From contig OY969767.1 of assembly GCA_963702895.1 (NCBI GenBank), positions 608,001-672,000 on the forward strand: a stretch of 64,000 nucleotides of DNA, read 5' to 3'. The notes beneath the pieces were generated by a model. It saw only the letters and a list, made by a program, of their open reading frames with translations, ran no database searches and was not told the origin of the DNA. This DNA comes from an uncultured Elusimicrobia bacterium. GTDB lineage: Bacteria > Elusimicrobiota > Elusimicrobia > 2-01-FULL-59-12. The position numbers were made by a program, and so were the translations under genes. Of the stretch, positions 48,452 to 58,843 are shown piece after piece. The stretch's first letter is position 1, and every line of letters starts with the position of its first letter.

Positions 48452-50887
48452 ATGAGCATCTCGGCTTCTCCCTTGAAGTGCCCTAACTGCGAAGGACAAA
48501 ACCTCGACGCAGTTAGCGCGCCTTCCGGAAATTGGTTCAATTGCCCTTCCTGTGGTGGAATCTTTATTCACCACGACCTTCTCCTTTCGCTCAGCCAAGA
48601 CCCAGCCGAATGCGCCCAAGTGCTTGAGGAAACCCGATTCCTTCTCCTGCCGACGGACCGTTCTTGTCCCCAGTGTTCGCAAAAACTCTCCGATGGGAGC
48701 GCGCGCAGCAGGGGTCTTATTTTCTCCCTTTGTACGGGATGCCAAAGTTATTGGACCCATCTCGACACCTTAGAGGGGCTCGATCAGGCCATTGAATCAT
48801 CGGTCAGGCTTTCCATGGAAAACCCATGGGTGCCGTCGTTGCCCGTGCTTCCCACACCCAGCGTCATCCATGTGGACTCAGGTTTTGGGAGTCTTGTTCG
48901 GTCGTTTGCCAAACTTTTCGATCAGCTCGCAGACCGATTGAGTAAGAAACAGAAGGCTCCGCCACAACCGCAAAGAAAGATCATTCCCCAGCAGCCAGCG
49001 CCATGGGACCTGCCGGCGCTGCCGTCTACCAAGCCTGCTTCATCGGCGCCTCTGCGCGCGATGCCTCCGACGGCACCGCCGCCAAAGACCCCTGCGGTGC
49101 CTCCTGAATGGCCCCCCGGTATGAACTATCCTCTTCCACCCCTTGAACCTTCCGATTTCGATTTTGACCTTCAAAGCCTGAGCTTGGAAGGCTTTGAGAC
49201 ACCTGGCCCCGTGTCGCCCGAACCGCCGTCCATGAAGCCTGTGTCGCCGCCCAGTCCTCCCGCTGCGGCCCCGACGCCGGAACCCCAGCGGCCCGAGCCC
49301 AAAGAGACAGCCAAAGAAGAACCACCTGTGGCCGAGCCGCCCAAAGCGGAACCCATCCGGGAAACTCCTCCAAGTCCTCCGCCGATGACGGAGACGGAGA
49401 CGGAGACGGAGGAGAAACCCATCATCGCGCCGTACATCGAAGATGAACTCTTTATCGCTCCAGAACCAATACTTGAGTCTCTGCCAGAACCCCAGCATTC
49501 TCTTGAACCGGAACTGAGGCTCGGGCCTCAACCTGAAACAAAGCCCGAGCCCGAAGCCGAGCCCAAGGCCATTCCAAAAATGGAGCCTGTTCTGGAAACC
49601 CAAGCGCTTCCCGTGCCGGAACAAATGCCGCAGCCCAAGCCGGTGCCATTGCCTGAGCCTGAACCCGAGCCCGAAGCCGAGCCCAAGGCCATTCCAAAAA
49701 TGGAGCCTGTTCTGGAAACCCAAGCGCTTCCCGTGCCGGAACAAATGCCGCAGCCCAAGCCGGCGCCATTGCCTGAGCCTGAACCCGAGCCCAAAGCCGA
49801 GCCCAAGGCCATTCCAAAAATGGAGCCTGTTCTGGAAACCCAAGCGCTTCCCGTGCCGGAACAAATGCCGCAGCCCAAGCCGGTGCCATTGCCTGAGCCT
49901 GAACCCGAGCCCAAAGCCGAGCCCAAGGCCATTCCAAAAATGGAGCCTGTTCTGGAGATCAAAGCGCTTCCCGTGCCCGAACAAATGCCGCAGCCCAAAC
50001 CGGTTCCGAAAGTCGTCACTCCCATCTCCTATGTCGCGAAAAAGAAAATAAGTCTTTGGGAATCCTTCAAACAGGCATGGAACCCCCAGCCAAGCAAGAC
50101 ATCGACATCCGCGAAAACAGTGGCTCCCGCGCCGGCAAAGAAGGAGGAAAAGAAGAAAGAGCCTCTCGCCGCTCCCAAACCTGCGCCGATTCCGGCCCCG
50201 ACATCAGCTCCGCCAGTCAAGCCTGCTCCTGCGCCCAAGCCCGCGCCCGTTCCAAAACCGGCGTCCGTTCCGAAGCCCGCGCCAGCCCGCAGGCCGAAGA
50301 AGGAGAAGGTGCCGGGGGAACCGTTTGATCATGTCGGTTTTTGGCTGCCTTGGGGTTTGGGCATTCTGAGTGTGGTGCTGAGCTCTTTCCGAGAATTTGG
50401 TTTTGAGGGAGAACCCGCGATTCTCTGGGGAATCATGGGATGGGCCCTTGGGATGTTGGCCCGGAGTCTTCGAATGTATCCCTTCAAGAAACACGAGGAG
50501 GCGACTCTTGCCAATCTTCTTGAAACGAAAGGCCCTCGGGGTTGGAAAGGAATTCCGGTCGCTCTCAAGGGGACAGTTCTTCCGGCTGAGGAGGCCCAGC
50601 ACAAGAGCTTATTGATCTTCAAGCAGGGAGAGATGACGATCGCCTTAAACCGCATAGCCCGTTGGGACATTTTGCCGCGCCTCTTCGGGCTGAGCAACCC
50701 AGGCCAGATTCTCAAAGGGGAAATTCGCCTGACGGGGTGGTTCCGTGGGGGTGTTGTGCCGTGGGTGGAAATCCGTACGATCGCATCAGAAAAGACATCG
50801 CGAGCCTCCATCGTCAAAGGGTTGAGGAGAGCCCTCCCCATCATCCTCTGGATCATCGCCTTCCTGATCAACCTTTCACTTGAATAA
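48452..50887 (+). CDS. Large protein: tandem Zn-ribbons, Pro/Glu-rich linker with 40-aa repeats, C-terminal membrane domain
   Basis: CPNC..CPSC and CPQC..CTGC pairs; C-terminal PV.LKG...GWFRG...PWVEI. Confidence 0.8.
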   Translation: MSISASPLKCPNCEGQNLDAVSAPSGNWFNCPSCGGIFIHHDLLLSLSQDPAECAQVLEETRFLLLPTDRSCPQCSQKLSDGSARSRGLIFSLCTGCQSYWTHLDTLEGLDQAIESSVRLSMENPWVPSLPVLPTPSVIHVDSGFGSLVRSFAKLFDQLADRLSKKQKAPPQPQRKIIPQQPAPWDLPALPSTKPASSAPLRAMPPTAPPPKTPAVPPEWPPGMNYPLPPLEPSDFDFDLQSLSLEGFETPGPVSPEPPSMKPVSPPSPPAAAPTPEPQRPEPKETAKEEPPVAEPPKAEPIRETPPSPPPMTETETETEEKPIIAPYIEDELFIAPEPILESLPEPQHSLEPELRLGPQPETKPEPEAEPKAIPKMEPVLETQALPVPEQMPQPKPVPLPEPEPEPEAEPKAIPKMEPVLETQALPVPEQMPQPKPAPLPEPEPEPKAEPKAIPKMEPVLETQALPVPEQMPQPKPVPLPEPEPEPKAEPKAIPKMEPVLEIKALPVPEQMPQPKPVPKVVTPISYVAKKKISLWESFKQAWNPQPSKTSTSAKTVAPAPAKKEEKKKEPLAAPKPAPIPAPTSAPPVKPAPAPKPAPVPKPASVPKPAPARRPKKEKVPGEPFDHVGFWLPWGLGILSVVLSSFREFGFEGEPAILWGIMGWALGMLARSLRMYPFKKHEEATLANLLETKGPRGWKGIPVALKGTVLPAEEAQHKSLLIFKQGEMTIALNRIARWDILPRLFGLSNPGQILKGEIRLTGWFRGGVVPWVEIRTIASEKTSRASIVKGLRRALPIILWIIAFLINLSLE
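49544..50004 (+). repeat. Coding 120-bp tandem repeat x~3.8
   Basis: [40 protein letters not shown] units. Confidence 0.95.
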
Positions 50888-51611
50888 GACGGTTTGGGGG
50901 TATCTCGTCTTCTCTGTCGCGCTCTGCGCGCCTTGGGCCTTCGCGGAGACCGTGCTCGACGTCGGCCAACAATGGCGCGCGCATGCCTCCTCCTCTGCCG
51001 CGCCTGCTTCCGAGAGGCCGCCAGGCCCTGGTGTGGGTGCGAGCTTGAGCACCACGTCTCCGGACGATGTTTCTTGCGCGTGTGAACCCATGACGCCCAA
51101 AGAGCATCTTGATGAAGCCACGTATGCCTTCACCGGTGTCGTCGCTGAAGTGCGCGCACTGAAGAAAAATCGTCGCGAGGTGACTTTTGATGTGAATGAA
51201 ATCTTCAAAGGCTCTCCTTCGACGGAAATGAAAATCGCCGTGGAAGACTCCGGAGATCGCTGTGATTTGCCCTTGGCCGCCGGTCAGTCCTATCTTGTCT
51301 TTGCGCGGTGGGAATGGGGAAACGTCTTCACCCATCGCTGCATGGGTACCAAGCTCCTGACCAAGGCGCGTCGTGACGGTCTAGGACTGAGCGAGCAGAT
51401 GAAGGAAAAGCTCTACAGTCGGCTGCATAACGCTTGCATGGGAAGGAAGGATACGCCCTGTTGCCTCTCCTCGCTCAAGGCGATGCGGGTTAGCTATTAT
51501 GTTCCAGAGCCGGAGGATGGATGTCCGGACGGGACTGTTCCTGACCGATTGCTGTGCGCGGGAAGTTATACGTGGTGTATTCCGGATACAGCCAAGAGGG
51601 CCAGGCCCTGA
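50880..51611 (+). CDS. Secreted Cys-rich protein, TIMP/NTR-like (SCAC...CD...SYLVFA...C)
   Basis: Signal peptide AFA; motif pattern; family is inference. Confidence 0.65.
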   Translation: MNKTVWGYLVFSVALCAPWAFAETVLDVGQQWRAHASSSAAPASERPPGPGVGASLSTTSPDDVSCACEPMTPKEHLDEATYAFTGVVAEVRALKKNRREVTFDVNEIFKGSPSTEMKIAVEDSGDRCDLPLAAGQSYLVFARWEWGNVFTHRCMGTKLLTKARRDGLGLSEQMKEKLYSRLHNACMGRKDTPCCLSSLKAMRVSYYVPEPEDGCPDGTVPDRLLCAGSYTWCIPDTAKRARP

Positions 51612-52340
51612 GTGATGAGTGAAATCCTGCTGAATCTTTCGAGAGTTCGAGAGCGGATCGCCAGGGCGGCGGCAAAATCAGGCCGTAAGCCGGAAGCGAT
51701 TACGCTTGTCGCGGTGACCAAAACCTTCTCCTTGGAGCGGGTGCGTCCGGCTCTTCAGGCGGGTCTCAGGGACATTGGAGAAAACCGTGTTCAGGAAGCG
51801 CTGTCGAAATACGCTGGCATGCCGCTCGCTGCGGCCACCCCTCCCCTGTTTCACCTGATCGGACCCCTCCAGTCCAACAAAGCTAAAAAAGCGGTCGGCT
51901 TCTTTGACGTCATCCAATCGCTGGACCGGCTTGAACTTGCGCGAGACATCAATCGGCACGCCGAGGCGCAGGGCAAGAAACAGAAATGTCTTATTGAAGT
52001 GAAAATATCATCCGAGCTCACCAAATCGGGGCTACGGCCTGAGTTGCTGCCTGAATTCCTTTCTCAGCTTCTCGAGTTTCCGGCCCTTGAAATCCGCGGG
52101 CTCATGGGCATTCCCCCGCTTTCAGCCGTTGGCGAGGCTTCCAGGCCTTATTTCAAAACGCTCTACAAACTCTTCGAGTCCGCTGCTGCCAATTGTCGGA
52201 TCCGCTCCATCGGCATGGAACGATCCTCCTTCGACACCCTCTCCATGGGCATGTCCTCCGACTTCGAAACCGCCATTGAAGAAGGCTCCACGATGGTACG
52301 TCTTGGCACTGCCCTTTTTGGTGTTCGCCAAGAAGGGTAG
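51612..52340 (+). CDS. yggS: PLP homeostasis protein YggS
   Basis: LVAVTK, GENRVQE, HLIGPLQSNK, LSMGMS.DFE.AIEEGST. Confidence 0.95.
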   Translation: MMSEILLNLSRVRERIARAAAKSGRKPEAITLVAVTKTFSLERVRPALQAGLRDIGENRVQEALSKYAGMPLAAATPPLFHLIGPLQSNKAKKAVGFFDVIQSLDRLELARDINRHAEAQGKKQKCLIEVKISSELTKSGLRPELLPEFLSQLLEFPALEIRGLMGIPPLSAVGEASRPYFKTLYKLFESAAANCRIRSIGMERSSFDTLSMGMSSDFETAIEEGSTMVRLGTALFGVRQEG

Positions 52341-52406
52341 TCTGAAATAAGCCCTAACGCCTCCCACCTAAAATCGACTATAATTTACGACAGATTCCTG
52401 TATTAG

Positions 52407-53222
52407 ATGACCAAGAAAATTGTGTTTGTAGGTGGCGGGAATATGGGTGAGGCTCTGATCGCGGGTCTTCTCAAGTCCGGCCATTGGAAGCCCTCCCAAA
52501 TCGTTGTCTGTGACATCCGCCACGATCAGCTTGTGAAACTCCAGCGGCGCTACAAAGTTAGAACAAGCGCCGACAGCCGTCGATCTGTTTGTGGAGCAAG
52601 CGTCATTCTGCTGGCGGTCAAACCCCAGCACATGAAGGATGTTTTAGAGGATCTTGGTCCGGTTATTAAAAAGAATCAACTCGTGTTATCGATCGCGGCA
52701 GGTGTCACAACCGCGATGATGGAAAGCTTTTTAGCGAAAGGTGTCCCTCTTGTTCGCGTCATGCCGAATACGCCGGCGCTTGTGGGGTTAGGGATGGCGG
52801 CGCTGGCTCGCGGCAAGGCCGCGCGGCAGTCACATCTGAGAATGGCGATGGGCATTCTGGGCACGGTGGGCGCTGTTGTTTCGATCCCGGAACGGGCGAT
52901 GGACGCGGTCACAGCCGTCTCGGGCTCAGGGCCGGCTTACATATTTTATGTTGCTGAAGCGATGAAGGACGCCGCGATCACCATGGGACTTGCTCCGCAG
53001 GTCGCGGATCAACTCGTTCGACAAACCATCCGAGGGGCAGGGGTGCTTCTCGCGCAGTCGCAGGAGGAGCTCAAGACCCTGCGCGCTCGCGTCACGTCCC
53101 CGGGAGGGACCACAGAGGCCGCATTAAAAATCATGGAACGGGCGAAGGTCCGTGCGATTTTCCAAAAGGCGCTGACGCGCGCCCAAGAGAGGTCAAGAGA
53201 GCTGTCTCAACTATCACACTAA
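52407..53222 (+). CDS. proC: Pyrroline-5-carboxylate reductase
   Basis: GGGNMG, RVMPNTP, SGSGPAY, VTSPGGTT. Confidence 0.96.
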   Translation: MTKKIVFVGGGNMGEALIAGLLKSGHWKPSQIVVCDIRHDQLVKLQRRYKVRTSADSRRSVCGASVILLAVKPQHMKDVLEDLGPVIKKNQLVLSIAAGVTTAMMESFLAKGVPLVRVMPNTPALVGLGMAALARGKAARQSHLRMAMGILGTVGAVVSIPERAMDAVTAVSGSGPAYIFYVAEAMKDAAITMGLAPQVADQLVRQTIRGAGVLLAQSQEELKTLRARVTSPGGTTEAALKIMERAKVRAIFQKALTRAQERSRELSQLSH

Positions 53223-53277
53223 TCCGTCGCATCGGCGGGTCCGTCAACGGCCCTGTGACGGTAGGGAGAATGTCTCA

Positions 53278-53541
53278 ATGATCATTCGTGTACGCGTGAT
53301 TCCCAATGGGATGGAAAATGAAGTGGTGGGACGCATTGGCAGTGTGGTCCGTGTCAAAGTCGTGACGCCGGAAGTCAGCGAAACGGCCAACCATGTCCTG
53401 ATCAGTTATCTCGCGGAGTTTTTTGATGTCAGACCCAAGTCGATCCATATTATGCGTGGTGAAAAGGCCAGAGAAAAAACGATTCAGGTCATCGGCCGCT
53501 CAGAAGACGAACTCAAGAGAGTGATGGACGAGATTCCATAA
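53278..53541 (+). CDS. DUF167/YggU-family protein
   Basis: VRVIP, ANHVLISYLA, GEKAREK; yggS-proC context. Confidence 0.8.
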   Translation: MIIRVRVIPNGMENEVVGRIGSVVRVKVVTPEVSETANHVLISYLAEFFDVRPKSIHIMRGEKAREKTIQVIGRSEDELKRVMDEIP

Positions 53542-53545
53542 ACAG

Positions 53546-53598
53546 CCGTCCGAAGTCCGACGTCCGAAGTCCGACGTCGGACGTCGCACGTCGGACGA
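53546..53598. repeat. Inverted heptamer array (GTCCGAM)n / (GTCGGAC)n
   Basis: CCGTCCGAAGTCCGACGTCCGAAGTCCGACGTCGGACGTCGCACGTCGGACGA. Confidence 0.9.
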
Positions 53599-53603
53599 AG
53601 ACC

Positions 53604-54617
53604 ATGAATTCCTTTCCTAAAACGCGGGCTTTTGTATGGAAGAACGGCCATCTTCTGGTGCTGGATCAGCGCCTCTTGCCGCAGAAGAAGGTCTGGGTGA
53701 AATGCCGCACGTGGCAGGAGGTGGCGCGCGTGATCCGAGACATGGTGGTCCGGGGCGCGCCAGCCATTGGCTGCGTGGCGGCCTACGGCGTGGTGCTGGC
53801 GGCCCGCCAGAAAGATTTACCCAGGGCTTATACCGGACTTCTCGAGGCGCGCCCCACGGCCGTCAACCTCCGCTGGGCGGTTGAGCGTATGCGCGCGGTG
53901 GTTGAGGTGACCCACGATATCGAGCGGGAGGCTCTGGCGATCGAAGAAGAAGATCGCTTGGCCAATCAGCGCATGGGGGAATACGGCGCGGCCCTTTTGC
54001 CCGAGGGTGCCGTGATGCTCACGCACTGCAATACCGGATCCCTGGCCACCGCGGGCCTCGGAACGGCGTTTGGTGTCCTGTGGACCGCCCACCGGCAGGG
54101 GAAGCTTAAGAAAGTGATGGCGACGGAAACTCGTCCGTATCTCCAAGGGGCGCGGCTGACCGCCTGGGAGCTCAAGCAAGAAAAGATCCCCTTTGAACTC
54201 ATCACGGACAATATGGCGGCACATTTTATGAAGACCGAAAAGATGGACGGGGTCATCGTGGGCGCGGACCGCATTGCGGCCAATGGGGACACCGCCAACA
54301 AGATTGGGACCTACAGCCTGGCGGTGCTGGCGCGTCAGCACAACATCCCTTTTTACGTCGCGGCGCCCACGTCGACCATTGACCTTCGCGCCGCGACGGG
54401 AGAGGGTATTCCGATTGAAGAGCGATCGACGCAAGAAGTGACCGAGATCCGCGGGGTGCCCATCGCCCCGTCGAATATCAAAGCGCGTCATCCGGCTTTT
54501 GATGTGACGCCGGCGGAATTCATCGCGGCCATCATCACCGAACGAGGGGCCGTCAAGCCCCCGTATTCGAAGACGCTCTCCCTGCTTGTTCCCAACGTCC
54601 CACTTTCGATCGTTTAA
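53604..54617 (+). CDS. mtnA: S-methyl-5-thioribose-1-phosphate isomerase
   Basis: VRGAPAIG, RPTAVNL, THCNTGSLAT, ETRP, ANKIGTY. Confidence 0.95.
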   Translation: MNSFPKTRAFVWKNGHLLVLDQRLLPQKKVWVKCRTWQEVARVIRDMVVRGAPAIGCVAAYGVVLAARQKDLPRAYTGLLEARPTAVNLRWAVERMRAVVEVTHDIEREALAIEEEDRLANQRMGEYGAALLPEGAVMLTHCNTGSLATAGLGTAFGVLWTAHRQGKLKKVMATETRPYLQGARLTAWELKQEKIPFELITDNMAAHFMKTEKMDGVIVGADRIAANGDTANKIGTYSLAVLARQHNIPFYVAAPTSTIDLRAATGEGIPIEERSTQEVTEIRGVPIAPSNIKARHPAFDVTPAEFIAAIITERGAVKPPYSKTLSLLVPNVPLSIV

Positions 54618-54622
54618 ATCGT

Positions 54623-57427
54623 ATGGACTATTCCAAAACAGTCAACCTGCCGAAGACGGATTTTCCTATGAAAGCCGATCTCCCCAAACGGGAGCCGATT
54701 TGGCTGGCCCAATGGGAAAAAGAGAATGTCTATCCGGAAGCGCTGCGACGCCGCAAAGGCAATCCTAAATTTATCCTCCACGACGGCCCGCCTTACGCGA
54801 ACGGCCACCTGCACCTGGGGCATGCCCTGAACAAGATTCTGAAGGACATCATTGTGCGATCGAAGATCATGGCCGGTTTCGATGCGCCCTATGTGCCGGG
54901 CTGGGATTGTCATGGCCTTCCCATCGAGCTCCAGCTCATGAAGGAGCTCAAAGTGAAGGACAAGCACCACGTGGACCGCTTCCAGTTTCGAGAGCAAGCC
55001 AAAGCCTTTGCCCAGCGCTTTATTGACATTCAGCGCCAGGAGTTTAAGCGCATGGGTGTTCTGGGCGACTGGGACCACCCCTACCTCACGATGGAGGAGC
55101 GCTACAAGGCCAAGATCGTTTCCACGTTTGAAGAGCTTCGCGAGAAAGGCTATGTCTACAAAGGGAAGAAGCCTGTCTACTGGTGTTCAACCGATGAGAC
55201 CGCGCTCGCGGAAGCTGAGGTTGAATATGAACAGGATGTCACCCCTTCGATTTACGTGGCTTTCCCGCACGCCCGAGAGGCCCGAACATTTTTTGTGATC
55301 TGGACCACCACCCCGTGGACGCTCCCGGCCAATGTCGGGATTGCATACAACAAGGCAGAAACATATGTCTTGTACGAGACTCATCAACTCCAGCCGTCAT
55401 TCCCCCCGGCCTTAAGGGGGGAATCCATCATGTCCGTGATGGATCCCCCGCTTACGTCCCCTTCCTTTGAAACTATGGGGAGGGACAGTCCCCCAGGTGT
55501 CGGGGGGACGGCCGCGGGGGATGACAAAAAGGGGAGCTCTCGCTATATCATCGCGAAAAAACTTCTGGATGATTTTCTCCAGAAAACAGGACTCCAAGGC
55601 CGAGTCGTTGAAGAGGTCTCCGGTTCTCGGTTCAAGGACTCATCGGCACACCATCCATGGATTCAGCGGACGGTGCCGCTCCTGCCGGCAGAATTTGTCG
55701 CGATGGACACAGGAACAGGGCTCGTGCATATCGCGCCGGGTCATGGCCGCGAAGACTATGCCTTGGGACAAGCGCAGCATCCGCCACTTCCTGTCCTTTC
55801 TCCCGTCAACGACCGCGGGCTTTTCACGGAGGAAGTCCCGGAGTGGAAGGGCGAACACGTGTTCAAAGCAAACGCGAAGATCGTGGACCACCTCCAGAAT
55901 CACGGTGCGCTTCTCTATTCTGGCCAGGTCCCCCATTCGTATCCCCATTGCTGGCGCTGCCATAAGCCGGTGATCTTTCGCGCGACCGAACAGTGGTTTC
56001 TGGACATCGATAAAGACGGCCTCCGCGCGCGTCTTCTGGAGGCGCTCAAGAAGGTCACCTTCTATCCGGAGTTTGGCCGCAACCGGATCACCGGCATGGT
56101 GGAAACAAGGCCGGATTGGTGCCTGTCGCGGCAGCGGCTCTGGGGCACCGAAATCCCAGAACTGCCGTCCGAGGTCCAAGGTCCGACGCCTACTGATTCA
56201 AATAGGACGTCGGACGTCGCACGTCGGACGACAGATCCGGACATCTTTGACGTCTGGTTTGAATCCGGTATTTCCTGGGCGGCGGTGCTCCAAGCGCGGG
56301 CTGAACTGGGCTATCCGGCCGATCTGTATCTGGAGGGCTCCGATCAGCACCGCGGATGGTTTCAAGTGTCCCTCATACCGTCCGTCGCGCTTCAAAATCA
56401 GGCGCCTTATAAGTCCGTGTTGACCCATGGGTTTGTGATGGACGGAGAAGGACGACCCATGTCCAAGTCGCTCGGCAATGTCATTTCTCCCGACGAGATC
56501 ATCAAGCAGTACGGTGCGGACATCCTGCGGCTCTGGGTGGCCTCCAGCGACTATGGTGGCGACGTGCGCCTCTCTCCTGAGATCCTGAAGGGTCTGGCTG
56601 ATAACTACAGGAAGCTCCGCAATACTTTTCGCTACCTGCTCAACAACCTCGGCGATTTTGATCCTGCCCAAGACGGCACCCCGGTCAAGGACCTCACGGA
56701 GCTGGACCGCTGGGTGCTGCATCGCCTGCAGGAAGAAATCCGGGACGCCGTGAAGGCCTATGACGAGTACCAATTCCACCGGGTGACCGGCAGGCTTGTC
56801 AATTTCTGCAATGCCGAACTTTCCAGTTTCTATCTCGATGTCATCAAGGACCGCCTGTACTGTGATCCTGCTGCCTCCTCGTCGCGCCGAGCGGCACAGA
56901 CCGTGCTCCATCAGCTGGCCCAGGCGCTCCTCCGGTTGCTGGCCCCCATTCTTCCCTTCACAACAGAGGAATGCTGGCGCTTCCTGGGCAGGCCGCAATC
57001 GATTGGACTTGAGGATTTTCCGAAAGAGGATTCGGCGTATCTTGATGAGAGACGGATGGAAGGCTGGAAGAACTTGCTGGCGCTGCGGCAAAGCGTGCTG
57101 GGGGAACTTGAGAAAGCGCGCACCTCCGGCCTGTTGAAGGCGCCACGTGAGGCCAAAGCCAAGATCCGGGTGGCCGAAGCGCCGCTTGCCGAGTTTTGTA
57201 TGCGCTACGGGGCTGGACTTTCGGGCGTGATCGGCGTCAGCCAGGCGGAAGTCGTCCTGGATGCGAGCGTCGGATCCGTCCTGGTAGAGATCGTGAAGGC
57301 GGAAGGCGCCAAATGTGAGAGGTGCTGGATTTATAAGAAAGACGTCGGATCTGTTACAAAGCGTCCGGATCTTTGCCGGCGTTGTGCAGAAGCCGTTCAA
57401 GAATGGGAGACCTTATGCGAAGCATGA
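54623..57427 (+). CDS. ileS: Isoleucine--tRNA ligase with two repeat-derived in-frame inserts
   Basis: DGPPYANG..HLGH, WTTTPWTLP, DWCLSRQR, EGSDQHRGWF, PMSKS, C-terminal Zn finger. Confidence 0.97.
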   Translation: MDYSKTVNLPKTDFPMKADLPKREPIWLAQWEKENVYPEALRRRKGNPKFILHDGPPYANGHLHLGHALNKILKDIIVRSKIMAGFDAPYVPGWDCHGLPIELQLMKELKVKDKHHVDRFQFREQAKAFAQRFIDIQRQEFKRMGVLGDWDHPYLTMEERYKAKIVSTFEELREKGYVYKGKKPVYWCSTDETALAEAEVEYEQDVTPSIYVAFPHAREARTFFVIWTTTPWTLPANVGIAYNKAETYVLYETHQLQPSFPPALRGESIMSVMDPPLTSPSFETMGRDSPPGVGGTAAGDDKKGSSRYIIAKKLLDDFLQKTGLQGRVVEEVSGSRFKDSSAHHPWIQRTVPLLPAEFVAMDTGTGLVHIAPGHGREDYALGQAQHPPLPVLSPVNDRGLFTEEVPEWKGEHVFKANAKIVDHLQNHGALLYSGQVPHSYPHCWRCHKPVIFRATEQWFLDIDKDGLRARLLEALKKVTFYPEFGRNRITGMVETRPDWCLSRQRLWGTEIPELPSEVQGPTPTDSNRTSDVARRTTDPDIFDVWFESGISWAAVLQARAELGYPADLYLEGSDQHRGWFQVSLIPSVALQNQAPYKSVLTHGFVMDGEGRPMSKSLGNVISPDEIIKQYGADILRLWVASSDYGGDVRLSPEILKGLADNYRKLRNTFRYLLNNLGDFDPAQDGTPVKDLTELDRWVLHRLQEEIRDAVKAYDEYQFHRVTGRLVNFCNAELSSFYLDVIKDRLYCDPAASSSRRAAQTVLHQLAQALLRLLAPILPFTTEECWRFLGRPQSIGLEDFPKEDSAYLDERRMEGWKNLLALRQSVLGELEKARTSGLLKAPREAKAKIRVAEAPLAEFCMRYGAGLSGVIGVSQAEVVLDASVGSVLVEIVKAEGAKCERCWIYKKDVGSVTKRPDLCRRCAEAVQEWETLCEA
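55396..55525. repeat. REP-like palindrome copy 5, inside ileS, with nested 54-bp insert
   Basis: GTCATTCCCCCC..GGGGGGAATCCA..TGGATCCCCCGCTTACG[..]GCCGCGGGGGATGAC. Confidence 0.9.
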
Positions 57428-57924
57428 CATCACGTGAAAAACTTTATGCCATTCGATTTGGAGGAATTCTCTCGATTGCCAGTGCTGTGCTCCTGCTCGA
57501 TCGGCTATCGAAGATGTGGGTGGTGCGCCATTTCGTGCTGGAAGAAAGTCGTCCGATCACCTCGTGGTTTTATCTGACCTATGTTCAAAACACAGGGAGC
57601 GCTTTTGGTTTTTTCCAGGGCAATAACAAAGCCCTTTTGATCTTGGCTTTGCTGATTTTGGTGGCGCTTCTCTACGGGGCGCGTGGTCTTTCGGAGCGAG
57701 GAGGATTTTGGGGCGCGCTCGGGGTGGCGTTGGTCCTGGGGGGCGCGCTCGGTAATATCTACGACCGCATTCAATATGGGCGGGTCATTGATTTCCTCGA
57801 CTTTCGCCTCTGGCCAGTCTTCAATATCGCGGATTCCGCGATCACGGTTGGAACCGCCTGCATCGTAATAGGTCTCTGGTGGGGCAACCGTCATCATGGA
57901 AGCGCAGAGGAGGTCAAGAGATAA
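57424..57924 (+). CDS. lspA: Lipoprotein signal peptidase
   Basis: NTGSAFG, GALGNIYDR, VIDF, FNIADSAI. Confidence 0.96.
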   Translation: MTSREKLYAIRFGGILSIASAVLLLDRLSKMWVVRHFVLEESRPITSWFYLTYVQNTGSAFGFFQGNNKALLILALLILVALLYGARGLSERGGFWGALGVALVLGGALGNIYDRIQYGRVIDFLDFRLWPVFNIADSAITVGTACIVIGLWWGNRHHGSAEEVKR

Positions 57925-58069
57925 ATATGGGAGGTCCGGTTCTTGGTGAGGGGGAAGGCATGAGGAAGACGGCTCTTCGAGCACGAAGAAACGAGGGCTC
58001 AGAACGGAAGTCGTGGGTCTCCGGTCGTTGCTCCTGCGTGTGCGACGCATCTTTCAGGGAAGCCTTCTG

Positions 58070-58843
58070 ATGTTTCCGATCCTCTTTCATCTCGGACCTT
58101 TGACGATCCGGACGTACGGCGCCATGGTCGCGCTCGCTTTCGTGGCGTCGTTGTATTTGGCCAAGGCGTCGGCCCGCTATCGCAAGATTGGGGAGTCCTT
58201 TCTCCTGGACTTGGTTGCGATCTTGGTGGTCAGCGGCCTCTTGGGAGCGCGCCTCTTCTACATCCTGATCAATTTGGCTTACTTTCGTGAGCATCCGGCG
58301 GAGAGCTTCAAGGTTTGGGAAGGAGGGCTTGTTTTTTACGGCGGGTTTCTCTTGGCAACTGTGGTGGGAATCATTTTTACACGCTACCGCGGTTACGCTG
58401 TCTCGGACGTGGCGGATGTGATCGCGCCGGCACTGGCCCTCGGGCAGGGCATTGGGCGGTGGGGATGTTTGTTCGCCGGATGTTGTTACGGCAAGCCAAC
58501 GGTCCTTCCTTGGGGTGTTCGATTCAAGGATCCCTCATCGCTAGCGCCCTTGGGGATCGAACTTCAGCCCGTTCAGATTTATGAATCGGCGGGGTGTCTG
58601 CTCTTGGCGATCTTCCTTTGGCGGATGCTCGTGAGTCGAAAAGAGACGCGTGGCGATATTTTCTGGCTCTATGTTCTCCTGTACGGGGCCCTGCGGTTTC
58701 TCATCGAGCTTTTCCGCGGCGATGAGCGCGGGGCGGCGTTGGGGGGGCTTTCTCCCTCCCAACTGATCGCTCTGGGAGCGGTCCTGGTGGCAGGGAGCAT
58801 CTTTCTGGTTCGAGTGGCGTCCAGAAATGACACGCACGCTTGA
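58070..58843 (+). CDS. lgt: Prolipoprotein diacylglyceryl transferase
   Basis: GARLFY, WEGGLVFYGG, GRWGCLFAGCCYG, PVQIYES. Confidence 0.95.
   Translation: MFPILFHLGPLTIRTYGAMVALAFVASLYLAKASARYRKIGESFLLDLVAILVVSGLLGARLFYILINLAYFREHPAESFKVWEGGLVFYGGFLLATVVGIIFTRYRGYAVSDVADVIAPALALGQGIGRWGCLFAGCCYGKPTVLPWGVRFKDPSSLAPLGIELQPVQIYESAGCLLLAIFLWRMLVSRKETRGDIFWLYVLLYGALRFLIELFRGDERGAALGGLSPSQLIALGAVLVAGSIFLVRVASRNDTHA

Noticed and set aside
49026..50025. Repetitive antisense ORFs
   Set aside because: Shadows of the 120-bp coding repeat in 48452-50887
52190..52235. Third coding palindrome insertion, in yggS
   Set aside because: Only a short imperfect hairpin with no match to the repeat families seen
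56198..57400. Long antisense ORF opposite ileS and similar ones opposite rng, mrdA and groEL
   Set aside because: Expected shadow ORFs in GC-rich coding DNA
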